A DNA stretch of 43,542 bases. It comes from Macrostomum lignano (taxonomy: Eukaryota). Of the stretch, positions 31,691 through 43,542 are shown piece after piece. Numbering within the stretch: position 1 is the first letter of the stretch; each line of letters opens with the position of its first letter. Made by a program: the position numbers and the translations under genes. The stretch lies in the NCBI GenBank assembly GCA_002269645.1, contig NIVC01004515.1, positions 1 to 43,542 on the forward strand, given 5' to 3'. Under the pieces are notes generated by a model. It did no database searches. It was not told the DNA's origin and saw only the letters and a list, made by a program, of their open reading frames with translations.

Positions 31691-34325
31691 TTTAAAGAAT
31701 CTAAAGGTTGTAAATAAAAGCAGAGGCAGAAGCCAGAGTTTCCCAATGCATGCTTTAGACAAATATTGCCTAACATTCTGCGCAATAACATAGCCAAAAA
31801 GATCAATGCTTGCTTCAAATATACAAATTTACTCCATTTTGTAATATCTCTATACTAATTAATAACAAGTTTTTAATGTTGTTTGAGTATGAATTTAAAT
31901 TTTAAAATATGCAAAAATAGTTCTAGGGATTGGTTTTCCCTAGGTTCAGAATCTATAAGCTTTAACAGTTATAATAAAAAAATACAAAATTTAGAAAAGA
32001 GAACAATTACTTATTTTATAGAGAGAAAAATTTTGATTGATAGGCCTAGGTACATTTTTTATTTGGATAATGAAAACTATGACTATCTCCAAGTATTTTT
32101 TTTGATTTTTTTAGAATTCTAGCTTATCAAAATTATGATATTTATGAAAAGTTCTAACCTTTTTGAATCTTTATAATTGAACAAAAATGGTAAATTGTAT
32201 CATAAAAGGTAATTAGCTATAAAATATAGAACCAATATATAGGTTATATTATATTATACTATATTATTTATAATTATAGGGCTAGGCCAGCCAATAGGTA
32301 TCTAGAAAAATATTAGAATCCTTAAGTTCAGTCTCTATATTGGAATAAATAGAAAAAAGCATCCAACTAGACCATCCATCGCAATTTTGAAATTTTCTAG
32401 ATTGTGTTGCAACTAGAGTCTAGGTAGGTAGTATTGTGATATAACGTGGTGCAGTTTTTGGATAAATGACAGGAGTAACTACGACTCTCTTATTAAGGCT
32501 AAATACCTTATAATCTAATTAGTACAATGCCTATATTTGGTATGAAAGTGTTCTATATATGGCATTTTTGAGCTACATTTTTTGACCCTGTGTTGCGCAT
32601 CTATATATTTTCTATACTTATTCTAATAGAGTTCAGTCAACATATAATAAACTATTTTTTATATATTTAAGTTTTGCTAAAATTTTCTAATAATTTAAAT
32701 TGCAAAATTTTAAGTGTTAAGCAGATTAGGCCTATTTATCTTTTTATTTTTTATCATTATTGCTTACAATATGGCTGGACATCCAATAGCAACTACAACT
32801 ATTATATCACCTGCTGATTTGCAATCTATGTGCGAAGTTACACAACTGAATCTAAATCATTCTTTTAAACTATTGAACACTTCAATGAGTTTTTGTATGA
32901 CATGTTTTGACATGGTTTGTCAGTTTTATTGTTAACAATCATAAATCCTCATTAATAGTTTATTTAAAATGAAAAAATAATTTAACATATAAAACTACAG
33001 TTATGCTGTTTGAATTTGAAAATGTGTTTGCAAAAGTTATAGGCCTATATACATTTAAGTTTTGACCTGTCAAAAATTATAAATAGAAAATTTACTTTTT
33101 TATTTTTCAATAGATTGGCTTTATTGCTTAAAAATAACAATTAAGATTCAATCTTTAATACATTGAAATTATTTAGGCCAGGCCTAGCTTGCAAGAGGAA
33201 AAAGAAGTGTCTTTACGACTAGCATCTTACCTTTTTATCTCTTGTCATAAACATCTGTTTTCAGGCTATAGGCCTATAGGGTAGGGCAACAAAGCTAACT
33301 AGCTAAACAATAAAGAAAGACATTTTTAAACAAAAAGTGAGGCTTTTCAAATACCAATTTTAGAACTTGAATCAAGAGATTGACAAAGAGTAAAACTCTT
33401 TTTTGGAACATTTTTATATTGAAAGAAAGAGAACTAAGCCAAAAGCTAGACAACTAGGCCTAGCACCATATTAAATACTACAAAAATTCTTACCTTTACA
33501 AAAAATCTGTACACTTGTCCTCTCAAATTACTTTCCTTCCATGTTTATTTAGAAACAAAAAATAGGCCTACCTAACAACCCTTCTAAAACTGAAATGTGA
33601 ACTCACACCCAAGACATTCTCTCAGGAAGCTTGTGGACTCTATAGAGCAAGAAATGGTTTTGATATTCTTTATTACCTAACTGAGTGCCTATAAACACTA
33701 GGCCTAGAAATTAGGAAAAATAGAATACTTTTGTAAATACCTTCTAGACACCAACCAGATAGGCTTACATTAAATAAGGTATGCTACAAATGAAAACAGA
33801 GTCAGAAAAGAGCTTAGGCCCCTACTGGAGTAGGCCTAGCTAAAATTTACAATGCCATGTACAGTTAAAATTATTTACTTGAAACATAGGCCTATAACAT
33901 GTATATATATGTATAACAGAATAGTACTAAGTCTGCTTCTTAGGCCTACCTATTCCTACCATCACATTCTTGTACGGCAGTACAGTCCCTTGGGCCTTGG
34001 CATATTTACTTGTAGAAAAGTATTACCATTTACCAATACTGCTATATGCTTTTAATAAATGACTAATTTTTTTCATTCATTTATGCAATAACTTTTGTCC
34101 ATTTATCACCTTATGTATTTCCTATTTAACCGCCATTAAGTTGTTAGATGTTAAAAGTTGCTCATTTTTCAGGCTTTCAAATAATATAGGGCCTATATAG
34201 GCTATATTTATAATAATCGCCAAATATTATGAGCAATCCTTATACTCAATATTTTTCATTGACAGAATAATGCTTAATTACCTATTTTAAATCGCATTGT
34301 GAGCTTTGTACTCACAATGGTTTTT

Positions 34326-34579
34326 GCCAAAGTACACTAAAGTAGGCCTACTTTCTGCATATTAATGTACTAAGCAGGGGGAACTTGGGAGTCTGTAAGT
34401 TCGAGTATGGAACAGATGGAGCTTTGACGTCTTGCAGGCTTCTAGATTGATAATGTTTCCTTCCAGATAATGCCTTCTTCTTCCAGATAATGCCCTGCAG
34501 ATAATTCCTTCCAGATAATGCGCGTTTCCTTCCAGATCTCAGCTTTCAGCTTCGTACTCACCAAAGCCAAAGTACACTA
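34326..34579. mobile_element. 226-bp insertion flanked by a 14-bp direct repeat (possible TSD of a truncated non-LTR element)
   Basis: GCCAAAGTACACTA at 34326-34339 and 34566-34579. The interior is GC-richer than the flanks and has TTCCAGATAATG repeats. Confidence 0.45.
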
Positions 34580-36224
34580 TAGTGATAATATCGTTAAAAT
34601 TTACAAGAATTGAACCTATAGAGCCTATACATGCACTTTTTTGGTATATTTTTATTTTAGCCTTTATTGATAGGTTTTTTTGGTTTTATTTGTTTGTTTT
34701 AAGTTTTGATTAGAGGGCTCCCAGTTTCTTCATACGGTGTTTTAGTTTTTAAATAGGCATTACATCGAGAATCGTACTTTTTGGACGTATGAAACATTCG
34801 CCGACACTTATTCAGACACTTCTACAGACACTTTAGTTTCTGTCGTACGGTTAGGAACAAGCATTAAATTTGTCTAGGACACTTCCTAATTCATATTTAA
34901 TGAAATAAAGCAGTCCATGCATAGTTTTAATTTTGAAATTTTGTTTTTGTGCACTCGTTCCAGACTTTCAAATTATGGCTTTTATCGCGTAGCGTGCACA
35001 TGCATCGTGTACAACGATTAGCTGCAGTGTGCTAAATAGTTCACTGAGGTATTAAAAGCGTACAAGGAGACGAACCTCAAGTATTTGTACATTTTAGTTG
35101 AAGTTAAAAGTTCAAGCTTTTAGTGAATCATTGGAAAATAAAACTATCCGTTTTAAATCGTGCAACATATTGTTTTGTCTCGGACATTTGTGACACTGTC
35201 ACTTAGGGTTGCAAGGTTTTTAAAAAGAGAAACTGTTGCTTTTCCAATGCTGAAGTATTTGTGTTGTATGGATCAGGGTTTTTCGTCAAAATTTGGATGC
35301 ATGTATACATCTAAACATGTATATGCAGATGGAAATATAATAATCAAGATGCCATATGTATATTTGCCAACATTTTCAGATTTTGTATAAAAATGATCAA
35401 GGTTGAGGATTACCCTATGGTATAACTGTTTTCTCCATTTTACTATTTCAAAGTGCCCACGTGAAGTTAGATTTAGCATGCCAGCCTTAAAAAATAAAAA
35501 AATCTACATAGTGTATAATTGTATACTCTTTTATTTAAGGCTATATTATATTCCCAATATATTTGCTTAGATAAATCAAAAAGTATTTACTTTACTTGAA
35601 AAAAATAATGTTCACTACAAATATTTCAATGTAGAAACCAGGAAACATAAACCTATCAAGTCTTATATAGAAATGAAGGATAAAGATATGGATAGAATAT
35701 AATAAAGCCATTGTGGGCATTAAATATAAAACAAAAGAATCACTTAAGGCAAAATTTGAAAAAGTGAATTTTTGGCATGCTCCAAGAAAAGAGGCTTATA
35801 ATTTGAAATATTTTTGCTTTTGTTTGACAAAAAATGTATAGATTTATACTTTTAGGCAAGGTTTATTTTCTCTTAAAATTCTAATTGTAAATTTGCCAGT
35901 AAGCTTAAAAATTGTTGTAAGTTGAAGCTCAAATAAAATTAGTCTTAACTCCAATCTGACTTTCCAAAGTAAATCCCTAAATTATTTGTTACAATTGCTT
36001 TTAAAAACTTGCCATTTCATTCATTCATTAATCAAAATTTTGTTCTAGACACTGATACCTATAGAAGGTTTATAGTTTTTAAGAAATCTAGTAACTAGTG
36101 TCAGAGAAATATGTTTATATAGGTTTTATATATATCAACCTTATATATAAAAAAGGTTGCACACTGAGATTTAAATACAGCTTCTAACATGTGTGTCCAG
36201 AGGTGAGATTATGGCCAACTGCAC

Positions 36225-36556
36225 ACCAATGGCATACCAACTCCATACTGACATGCCAACTGTATACCAACTGTATACCAACTGTATACAAACACCATAT
36301 CAACTCCATACCAATATGCCAACTGCATACCAACTCCATACCAACTGCATACCAACTCCATACCAACATGCCAACTGCATACCAACTACATACCAACTGT
36401 ATGCCAACTGCATACCAACTCCATACCAACATGCCAACTGCATACCAACTCCATACCAACTGCATGCCAACTGCATACCAACTACATACCAACTACATAC
36501 CAACTATACCAACTGTATACCAACACCATACCAACTCCATACCAACTCCATACCAA
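36225..36556. repeat. Degenerate 11-bp repeat (ATACCAACTSC)n
   Basis: Directly visible; source of ORFs 36184-36591. Confidence 0.9.
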
Positions 36557-37287
36557 GAATGTTAAATTGCGAGACTCGTAGGAACTTTTAGGTTCTCTTT
36601 TTGTACAACTCTTGGATACTTCTGCCATGTTGCCATCTTTCCTGACTCTTTTGATGACTAAAATCGCACTCTTCCATATTCTAGGACCAGTTATTACAAG
36701 GCCCACCGGATGCTGTTCTGCCTTGTGTAGGTGCGGTCCTACCATGCCCTTCTCTTTCTGTCATTGTGACGTTCAACAACAGCGATGAACTATCGATTCA
36801 GTCGGTTTGCCAGAGGCTTTGCGTTTGCTCACGTTCATTTAATTTTAATCATTCTAATATCCGTGTGCGAGACGGATTTCGTAGGTGCGGACGTGATCGA
36901 GTGTCTGTTGTCCAATTAATAACCGATCCTAGCAAGGTTGCATTTTTGCACGGTGTGTATGGTTGTGGAAATAAAGGCCACCGTGGTAATGGCATTGCTT
37001 GGCTGCAGCGTGTAACTAAGCCACATCTGACGCAGTCAGTTGTCCTACGTCGAGAGATTCCGGGTCACCATTTTCAAAGTTCAAAGCGACTGCGGAAGCA
37101 AGTTTTGCAGAGCTTTCGGCTCCTTATTTCTTCATGTGATGTGTCTGTTCTTCGTTCTCTGCTCGTTGTCTCGCGCGGCTTCAGTCAGCTACAATCGACT
37201 GTGCACCGTCGGCGTTTCATGCAGCGGCGATCACGCCCAACTGATGAGGAGCAGCGGCAGCACGTGCTGCAAGACGAGCAGCGGCAT

Positions 37288-37544
37288 CTCGAGCTGGATG
37301 AACAGCGGCATCCGCAGATACAGGACGGCCAACGGCAACTCGCACTGCAGGAGGAGCCGCGGCAGCTCGAGCTGGATGAACAGCGGCATCCGCAGATACA
37401 GGACGGCCAACGGCAACTCGCACTGCAGGAGGAGCCGCGGCAGCTCGAGCTGGATGAACAGCGGCATCCGCAGATACAGGACGGCCAACGGCAACTCGCA
37501 CTGCAGGAGGAGCCGCGGCAGCTCGAGCTGGCTGAACAGCGGCA
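37288..37544. repeat. 78-bp tandem repeat, 3.3 copies
   Basis: CTCGAGCTGG at 37288, 37366, 37444, 37522. Confidence 0.95.
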
Positions 37545-37838
37545 GTCCCAACAGTACGAGTGTCCCGCTCTTGGACCACTAAAACCAATGCGTCGGAGAT
37601 CGCAGAGGCCCCAGAGATCTTTAAGGTCGGTCCAACCAGCGATGTCATTGCGCTCGCGAACGAGGCATGTGTAGTGTGAGCATCTTTTGCGTGTATTTTG
37701 TTAGGTAATTGATTGTATTAGTTTCTATATTGTTATTGAATTATTATTTTGCTTTAGTTAGTCATGCGTTTTTGATGTACTTTTCTCTTGTTAGTTAGAA
37801 TCTAAAATTGTAAACAGGTTAGAGTTAGACGCCAAATT

Positions 37839-38322
37839 TGTGACTCAGCGGAGGGTTGAGTTTTCTGCGAACCCCAGCTTTGCGCGGTCAGCCAATCAGA
37901 ACCGGCCTGGACCCTGGCACGCGGCAAGTTCCAGTTCTACCCGGCGCCGCGGGCACAGTGCAAATCGGCTTAAGCAAGCGGCCGGCCAGACGACCACCAC
38001 CCGGCTTGAGGGGGGGTTGTGAGGGTTTGACTCTGACTATATATGAAAGTGTATTTGGCAATCGGATCTCGCCTTCTTTTCCCGGTTCTTGGTTTTGTCC
38101 AGCTTCCCGGCCGGTGGCCTGTTTCCCTTTGGTTCGCGCTTTGAGGCGTTTTGAATTCGTCACCCCCGGTCCATACCTTTGTTCCCCGCCCAACCGCTTT
38201 AGTCTTGTAGCGTAACGATTCGGCATCCTTGTCTGACGTCGTCGCTATCAAGCGCGGTTTAGATAGAGACTGTCGGATCTGATCAAGTACGCGGCCTCGA
38301 CCCCGAGGGCCTCAGTGTCACA
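37839..38322. mobile_element. Possible LTR (484 bp) of a decayed retroelement
   Basis: Bounded by inverted TGTGAC...GTCACA; contains GCCAATCAG and TATATAT motifs. On the minus strand it is followed after 4 nt by TGGCG (PBS-like). No TSD, no second LTR and no pol seen. Confidence 0.35.
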
Positions 38323-39680
38323 CTGAAGGGCAGCGCTTATAGAATTTAGTCAGTGCTCCGTTGAACAGTCGATTCGGCAGTGCTCTTGTTTGAGAGTAGG
38401 TTCTGGTTTAGGCCAGGGGTTAGGAGTCTTCTCCGTGGTCGTGTTCGGTTCCTCTTCCTCTTCTTCTCAGCTGAGATCTGCTTGCCAGTTGCGTAATCTA
38501 ATTATTATTGTTAACCGTTATCGTCGTTTTGTCAACTCAGTTATCTGCGCCGCTTTGAACTTGAATCTTGTAACTATTGAATGTGTCAAATTAAACCGTC
38601 AAGTCAATTGCTTATTAGCTATTCTTATAGGATTATCACTCCCTAAATCTTTCGGTTCGTGTTCCCTCGTGTTCTTTCTTTTCTTGTACTGTACCTGCGG
38701 CTATTGGAGAAAGACTGGTAGGACTCGCCGACCGGCGATAGGCAATTAGGGCCAATAGCTTTAAAATCTCCGAACGCTTCAAGTAGGTTTGTCTAGGGCC
38801 TAAATAATTGCTCACCGTGCATGCTGTTTATCTAATTGCCTTTATTTATCACACATGAGTAACATACTAGGATGATGCGTGACGGTATATCGGATGCGTG
38901 TTGAATAACAGTTTGTCCAGCTTCTTTTGCACGAAAATAAGAACGCTGGTATTCGAGCATTAAACAAAGTCATACCTTCGTATAGCTTATTGGCTGATCT
39001 ATTGTACCATGCAACAATTTTCATTGCAACAAAGTATGTAGTTGAATGACTTCAGCGTAGTAGTAACTATGAGACAAGTACCTTATGTGGTTTTTAATCT
39101 ATACTTCCTTGAACGATTAATTGTAGTTTATACTTATATTTGAACAGTTTTATTTCCTTTACTCGTATTAGTTGTCAGTCCTTGTGTTGAAATAAACTCT
39201 TTCGGATAAATAAAGCAAAGGAATGTTTCATGGCACGTATTTCGTTGATTGAAACAATTTTTTTTGTGACATTTATTGGCCTATAAGTGATAAGTGACAG
39301 GTGTACAGGTTTCACAGGCCAAAAACAATTACGATTATACTCAAATGGAGAGTATTTAGCTGCCAGAAAAGAGTATATAGTAGACACTACAAGTTTTAGA
39401 ACTCACGTTGTCCAAACGGTTTACTAACGGCGTTTAGTCCCAGCTTTTAGCGCATACAGAAAAATAGAGAATTATAAAATGGCGGTAAACTATAAAATGC
39501 AAATCCGTACATGTATATATGTAGACCTTTTCAACACAGTTAAAAGTTTTTGTTATCAATACATTACACAGCACGATCATCAGTTATGAATTTATACTTT
39601 CAACGGCATAAGACCATTACAAACACGAATAAACTCAAGAAAATAAGTAAACCGTCCACATTATGTTAATAACACGGAGA

Positions 39681-40762
39681 TCACCAACACGTTAGCCGTA
39701 AAAAAAGAGCGCAGCAGTTTCGCTTCACGTCATTGAATGCCGCTGACAAAGATACTTTTCGTACAGTCAAATCACTGACACAGTAGCTAGTGCGGCCACA
39801 GAATACGTATGCAATATAGTGACCACTATTCACGCGACTACCAATGTGAACGATGAATGCACGAAGCTTGTAGCTTCTGCCACTCAAAGTAAGCTTCATC
39901 TCGATGGGTACAACTTTAGTGTTCTTCTCGAATAGTACAGTTTGTCCCTTTCTGCGCTTGACAGAGACTCGGCTAATTCCCATGCATATGTGCTCCGACG
40001 TTGTTGCAAGTGTTTGTGCATAGCTGCACCCCCGACGTCGCAAGTCGGACAACGGATGTCGGTGTGGTCTTGAGTAGAAAACAGTGACTGTCTAATGAGT
40101 GCCGGGAAATCAAGCGAGTCGTCGTGATCAGGATTGATAAACGTAGAATAGTTGCCGTGTCTCTAGGTAGCAGTCGTGTCACTTTGAAACAGGCGGAACA
40201 ACTCAAAGTTGTAGAAATCTACGAAATAAAAAAGATGGATAGGAACAGTACTCATGGTGCAACTGTGAAGACCAACACACAGTGGAAGCGCGATTGAAAG
40301 GTATTCTTTGCCTTCCCATAAGTCAGCAAAGTATATACTGTCTTCGAAGGTAACTTACAAATAAATTTAGATTCAGGATGCAGGCTTAAATCACTTTACT
40401 AAAACGCATTTAAATAGTCATAAACTTAATAAACCGTTCACCCTTACCTCGCAGCTAAATCGCGGTTTGAGCTCAGAAAGAAACAGCATTCCGGTCAGAA
40501 ACTCTAAGGCACAGTTTTGTGCCATAGGATCCATATGAAATGCTTTACTGCACCACTGAAACGCGGCTGAATGCAGCAACAGAACGTGTTTGCCTGTCAT
40601 TAGGCAGTTAAGGAACAGCGCAAGTGGTGAATCTGCATCACACGATAGTGCGCTCGTTAATGTTGCAACCAAGCATTGACTGGCGGCATTGAAAGCACAA
40701 TACGTGCCCGTCGGATTCGGTGGCCCCTCTGGCGACCGTGGCGATAGTGCAGGAAATGACAC
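39681..40762 (-). pseudogene. Ubiquitin-specific protease (USP, peptidase C19) domain, frameshifted, one intron (40447-40219)
   Basis: Cys box PNPTGTYCAFNAASQCL (Cys 40697-40699); QNCALEFL at the QQDAxEFL position; CSAC and CPTC zinc-ribbon pairs; His box YKLRAFIVHIGSRVNSGHYIAYV (His 39819-39821); SDLTV (Asp 39771-39773). The phase-0 GTAAGG...TTTCGTAG intron joins FSCE/ISTTLSCSAC in frame. At least two frameshifts between ~40130 and ~40000. Confidence 0.85.
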
Positions 40763-41184
40763 TGCAGTGTCGGCGCGTCCTAATAAAATTGGCGGTTAGG
40801 AACGAATTTACCATCAAAATGTCCCAGTGAACAGCCCAGTCACATCCATTTAACAACAAAAAATGCGCCTCGACGTAAGCAAAAGAAACGAAACTTAAAA
40901 GTACAAATACTTATGGAAAGCAACATGTTGAATGCTAATTCATGGAAATTAGTAAAACTTAAAAGGGCATAATCGGTGACACGAAAAGCAAAAAATGATG
41001 GAATCATAAACTTTAGATCTCTAATCAGAGAACAATCACGTAACAGAAACGTGCATCATACGGAACATGTTGGATTGTGCAATATAAATACCTGTGCCAG
41101 TCGAGACGGAGGAGGCCTACAAAGAGAGTTGATTGATAAGGTTGCACCTTACCCACAAGTTGCTGAGACATGGCACATACATTA

Positions 41185-43542
41185 CTACGACAGATCTAGT
41201 GGGAGACGCAAATTGTGGCGGAGTGAGTGTACGGCGTATACACAATACGTAAACCAATACAAGGGTTGACTGAAGGTATTTCTAAACTGAAAAAATGCAA
41301 TTTCATCACTCACAATTTGCTCATCTGGTAGGCTCTGACAGGTGGTATTCTGTGCTGTTGGTGCAGGTGAAATGCCCGAGCGAGACCCACTTGCAGCAGG
41401 CGCAGCTAGAGTACAGGTCGTGCGTGCAATAGCAGGCCGAACCTGGACAATGACGGGCTGGCTGCCCGAGCGAGACCCACTTGCAGCAGGCGCAGCTAGA
41501 GTACAGGTCGTGGGTGCAACGGCTGGCGGAATTGATAATGCCGATTGAATGAAGCTGGTTCTTTGTCTTTTTGAGGCTCTTGACCTTTTCCAGGGATCTC
41601 CAGGTGGGTTTAACGGAGCATCAAAGCCACATTTGCGTCCTCTAGCACGCTTCGGGGGCGAATTGGATGTTGCTCGTGCTGCAACCGCTTCAGTTGCAGT
41701 TTTACGGTTGTTAGTTGCGCACGGACAAATCTTGGTAACCTGAGCCGAGAACTTGGAGAAGGCAGTGCTTCGCTTTTGCCCCAGCTGAACCATGATTCAA
41801 CAGCGGCGTTGGTCACGTGTGCGCTACGATTTCCTCCAAACACTGCCACACTCCAAAGAGGAAACAGTGACATCCACTTTCGCAATACAACCTGAACAGC
41901 CTGAGGGTAGAAAAGATTGTTCAGCACGCCATTGCCATCGCTTGCTGTCACTTCGCTTGTCAAATCGTTGAAGTACTTCGCAAAAGGTGATGAGGCTCGT
42001 AGTCCAGTCTCCAATTCAGCCAATGCGACGTCTTCTTGCACTGCATTTGAGACATTAGCAGAATCTTCAGCCACTTGGTTTTCATCAGGAATCTCCAACG
42101 AACTGAAGTCGAACCTACCATGTAGAATTTGTAAAGCCTTCAAAGTGGCAGGACCTACTCGCCTGGAGGTAAACACCTCGACCATTGCCTTCCAAACAGC
42201 TTGGGCGCAACGCAAAGTTTTCGACGTCACTAATAGTGCAAAAGAGAGCATGAACTCGCGATAAGTAACCTTATCGATTTCGGTGACTTCAAAGTCCTGG
42301 CAACACGCGCAGCAAATGCGAGCTAGTAAACACAACAGGAGATTCAGGTGGCTTCAATCAGCAGAAGTCGATTGTACTGCGCAGGTAGTCTGTAACACAG
42401 GTCGTACATGCGGCTCGGAGAATACCATGAATGAAAACCCAGCTAAAGTCAGACACGTAGATTTGCGGACCTTTCTTGGGTAGTTCCCACAGTCCTATGT
42501 TGCAGTGACGAGCGAAATCTGCTAAAAAATGCATTAGCCAACTGGACACATTTTCCGAGCGCGTGACCTCCATGATGCTTTCTGATACAGCTGTTCTCTT
42601 TATATCCGGGGGTTGCAACAACAGCACTGCACAGAAGTACAGTGCTCGCACGTTCTGGGTCTGTCGCACAATTCCGCCGGTGGAGTCTAAGTGGAGAGGA
42701 GCAAGCTGATTGCCTTTCAGCACGTCGCGAAGCAAATCCAACTGCATGGAGGTATGGAGAATCACACCAACTGTGCAACGTCAATCTTTTGGATATAGCC
42801 GCTAATGACTCCATCCTCGTTTATAGTCAACTTCCAGTCTTTCATTTGGAGTCTTAAATCTTTTATGTCGTCTGGAGACTTGTCGTCGGCAGCTTTTGTC
42901 CGACTAACAGTTGTACGGACAGCAGATAGAGAGCATGCTTCGCTACCAAACAGCTCGATTGCTTTCACATAGATCTGCGTTGCTTGGCAGCAGCGTTGTT
43001 TGGCCTGAGATAAAACAAAGTTACGGCACTCTTGTGAACCTCGTTGCCACAGATAGCGATAAGAGGAACAACTTGATGGAACATCATTCTCGAGTGCTCT
43101 GAGATTCTTCGTAGCGTCAGTGTAGAGGACTGCCCATCAGTCGGCGCCTTGTTTAAGGTGACGACGAATGCCATACTGCAAACCAGAGCTTCGCACAGAC
43201 TAGGCGCATCCAAAGAAAACTGCAGTCCTTCCGATGGCGCTAAATGCACGCAGTCTAACCTTATTTAACTGAGAACTGACAATACTCACCATGCTGTCTT
43301 AAAAAGTATAAATGACTTCATCAAACCAAGAAGGCTTAAGTTTACAAGTTTTGTATCAAAGTGATTCACGAAGAGATTAGTTGATATGCATGATTCCACA
43401 AAAAACAACTCCAGCAGAAAAAACTTGTGCACCAGCAGCACCTGACTGGTCACCGCTAATGGCTTCAGAAGTGTCGTACACACTTTTCTTCGCTGCCATG
43501 CAAAGAAGCTGAAACATGAAACAATGGTATGAATTTGCCATG
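41185..43542 (-). pseudogene. Decayed NOF/Foldback-like (Mutator superfamily) DDE transposase, fragmented by frameshifts and stops; 5' end runs off the window
   Basis: Collinear fragments GYIQKI / LHLDSTGGIV (D 42685-42687) / PQIYVSDFSWVFIHGIL (D 42448-42450) / SSHLLR / SPFAKYF / NNLFYPQ / LFPLWS / TNAAVESWF (E 41796-41798) / DPWKRSR follow the order I recall for NOF-like MULE transposases. Breaks at ~42765, 42358, ~42290 and ~41680. A 90-bp-spaced internal duplication lies at 41374 and 41464. Confidence 0.75.

Larger units (their letters stand above)
39681..43542 (-). mobile_element. NOF/MULE-like DNA transposon region carrying a USP domain (element boundaries not defined)
   Basis: Transposase and USP remnants are on the same strand, ~420 bp apart, and similarly decayed. 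TIRs and TSD were not identified. Confidence 0.55.

Noticed and set aside
35204-35418. TAGGGTTGC...ATTACCCTA as hAT-type TIRs
   Set aside because: Only 6 bp of inverted match and no 8-bp TSD seen.
39385-39393. CACTACAAG as a CACTA-type terminus for the right-hand transposon
   Set aside because: Single 9-mer, no partner in the window, and the transposase motifs look Mutator/NOF-like rather than CACTA.
40780-41180. PHD- or Ulp1-like motifs between the transposase and the USP (GCDWAVHW; FVGLLRLDWHRY)
   Set aside because: Too fragmentary, conflicting frames, key Cys/His residues missing.

Overview
Eukaryotic (metazoan) genomic DNA: spliceosomal GT-AG introns, GC-rich coding islands in an AT-richer background, and roughly a third of the window made of about 20 unrelated micro/minisatellite arrays. 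The style resembles a lophotrochozoan such as the flatworm Macrostomum, but that is inference only. Genes supported from the sequence: (i) three intronless FkbM-family (Methyltransf_21) SAM-dependent methyltransferases with N-terminal signal-anchor helices (5038-6159 +, 7723-8892 -, 15573-16721 -); (ii) a two-exon KCTD-type BTB/POZ gene (20039-21126 +); (iii) a four-exon protein with three matrin/U1-type C2H2 zinc fingers (22339-27129 -); (iv) histone stem-loop-binding protein SLBP (29713-30942 -). Mobile DNA: an internally deleted mariner with TIRs and TA target duplication (4380-4915), a small TIR element, a SINE-like fragment, a possible LTR remnant, and a decayed NOF/Mutator-like DDE transposase followed on the same strand by an intron-containing USP (C19) deubiquitinase domain with intact catalytic residues (39681-43542 -). 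The most interesting structures are three. First, the methyltransferase trio: two genes share an 814-bp ~99% identical inverted core with unrelated ends, and the third is a patchwork of identical and diverged tracts. Second, the transposase-USP pairing. Third, every host-gene intron is filled by its own minisatellite, several of which are copies of the adjacent splice or stop signal. Most long ORFs in the supplied track are repeat artefacts or antisense shadows. All alignments and counts were done by eye.
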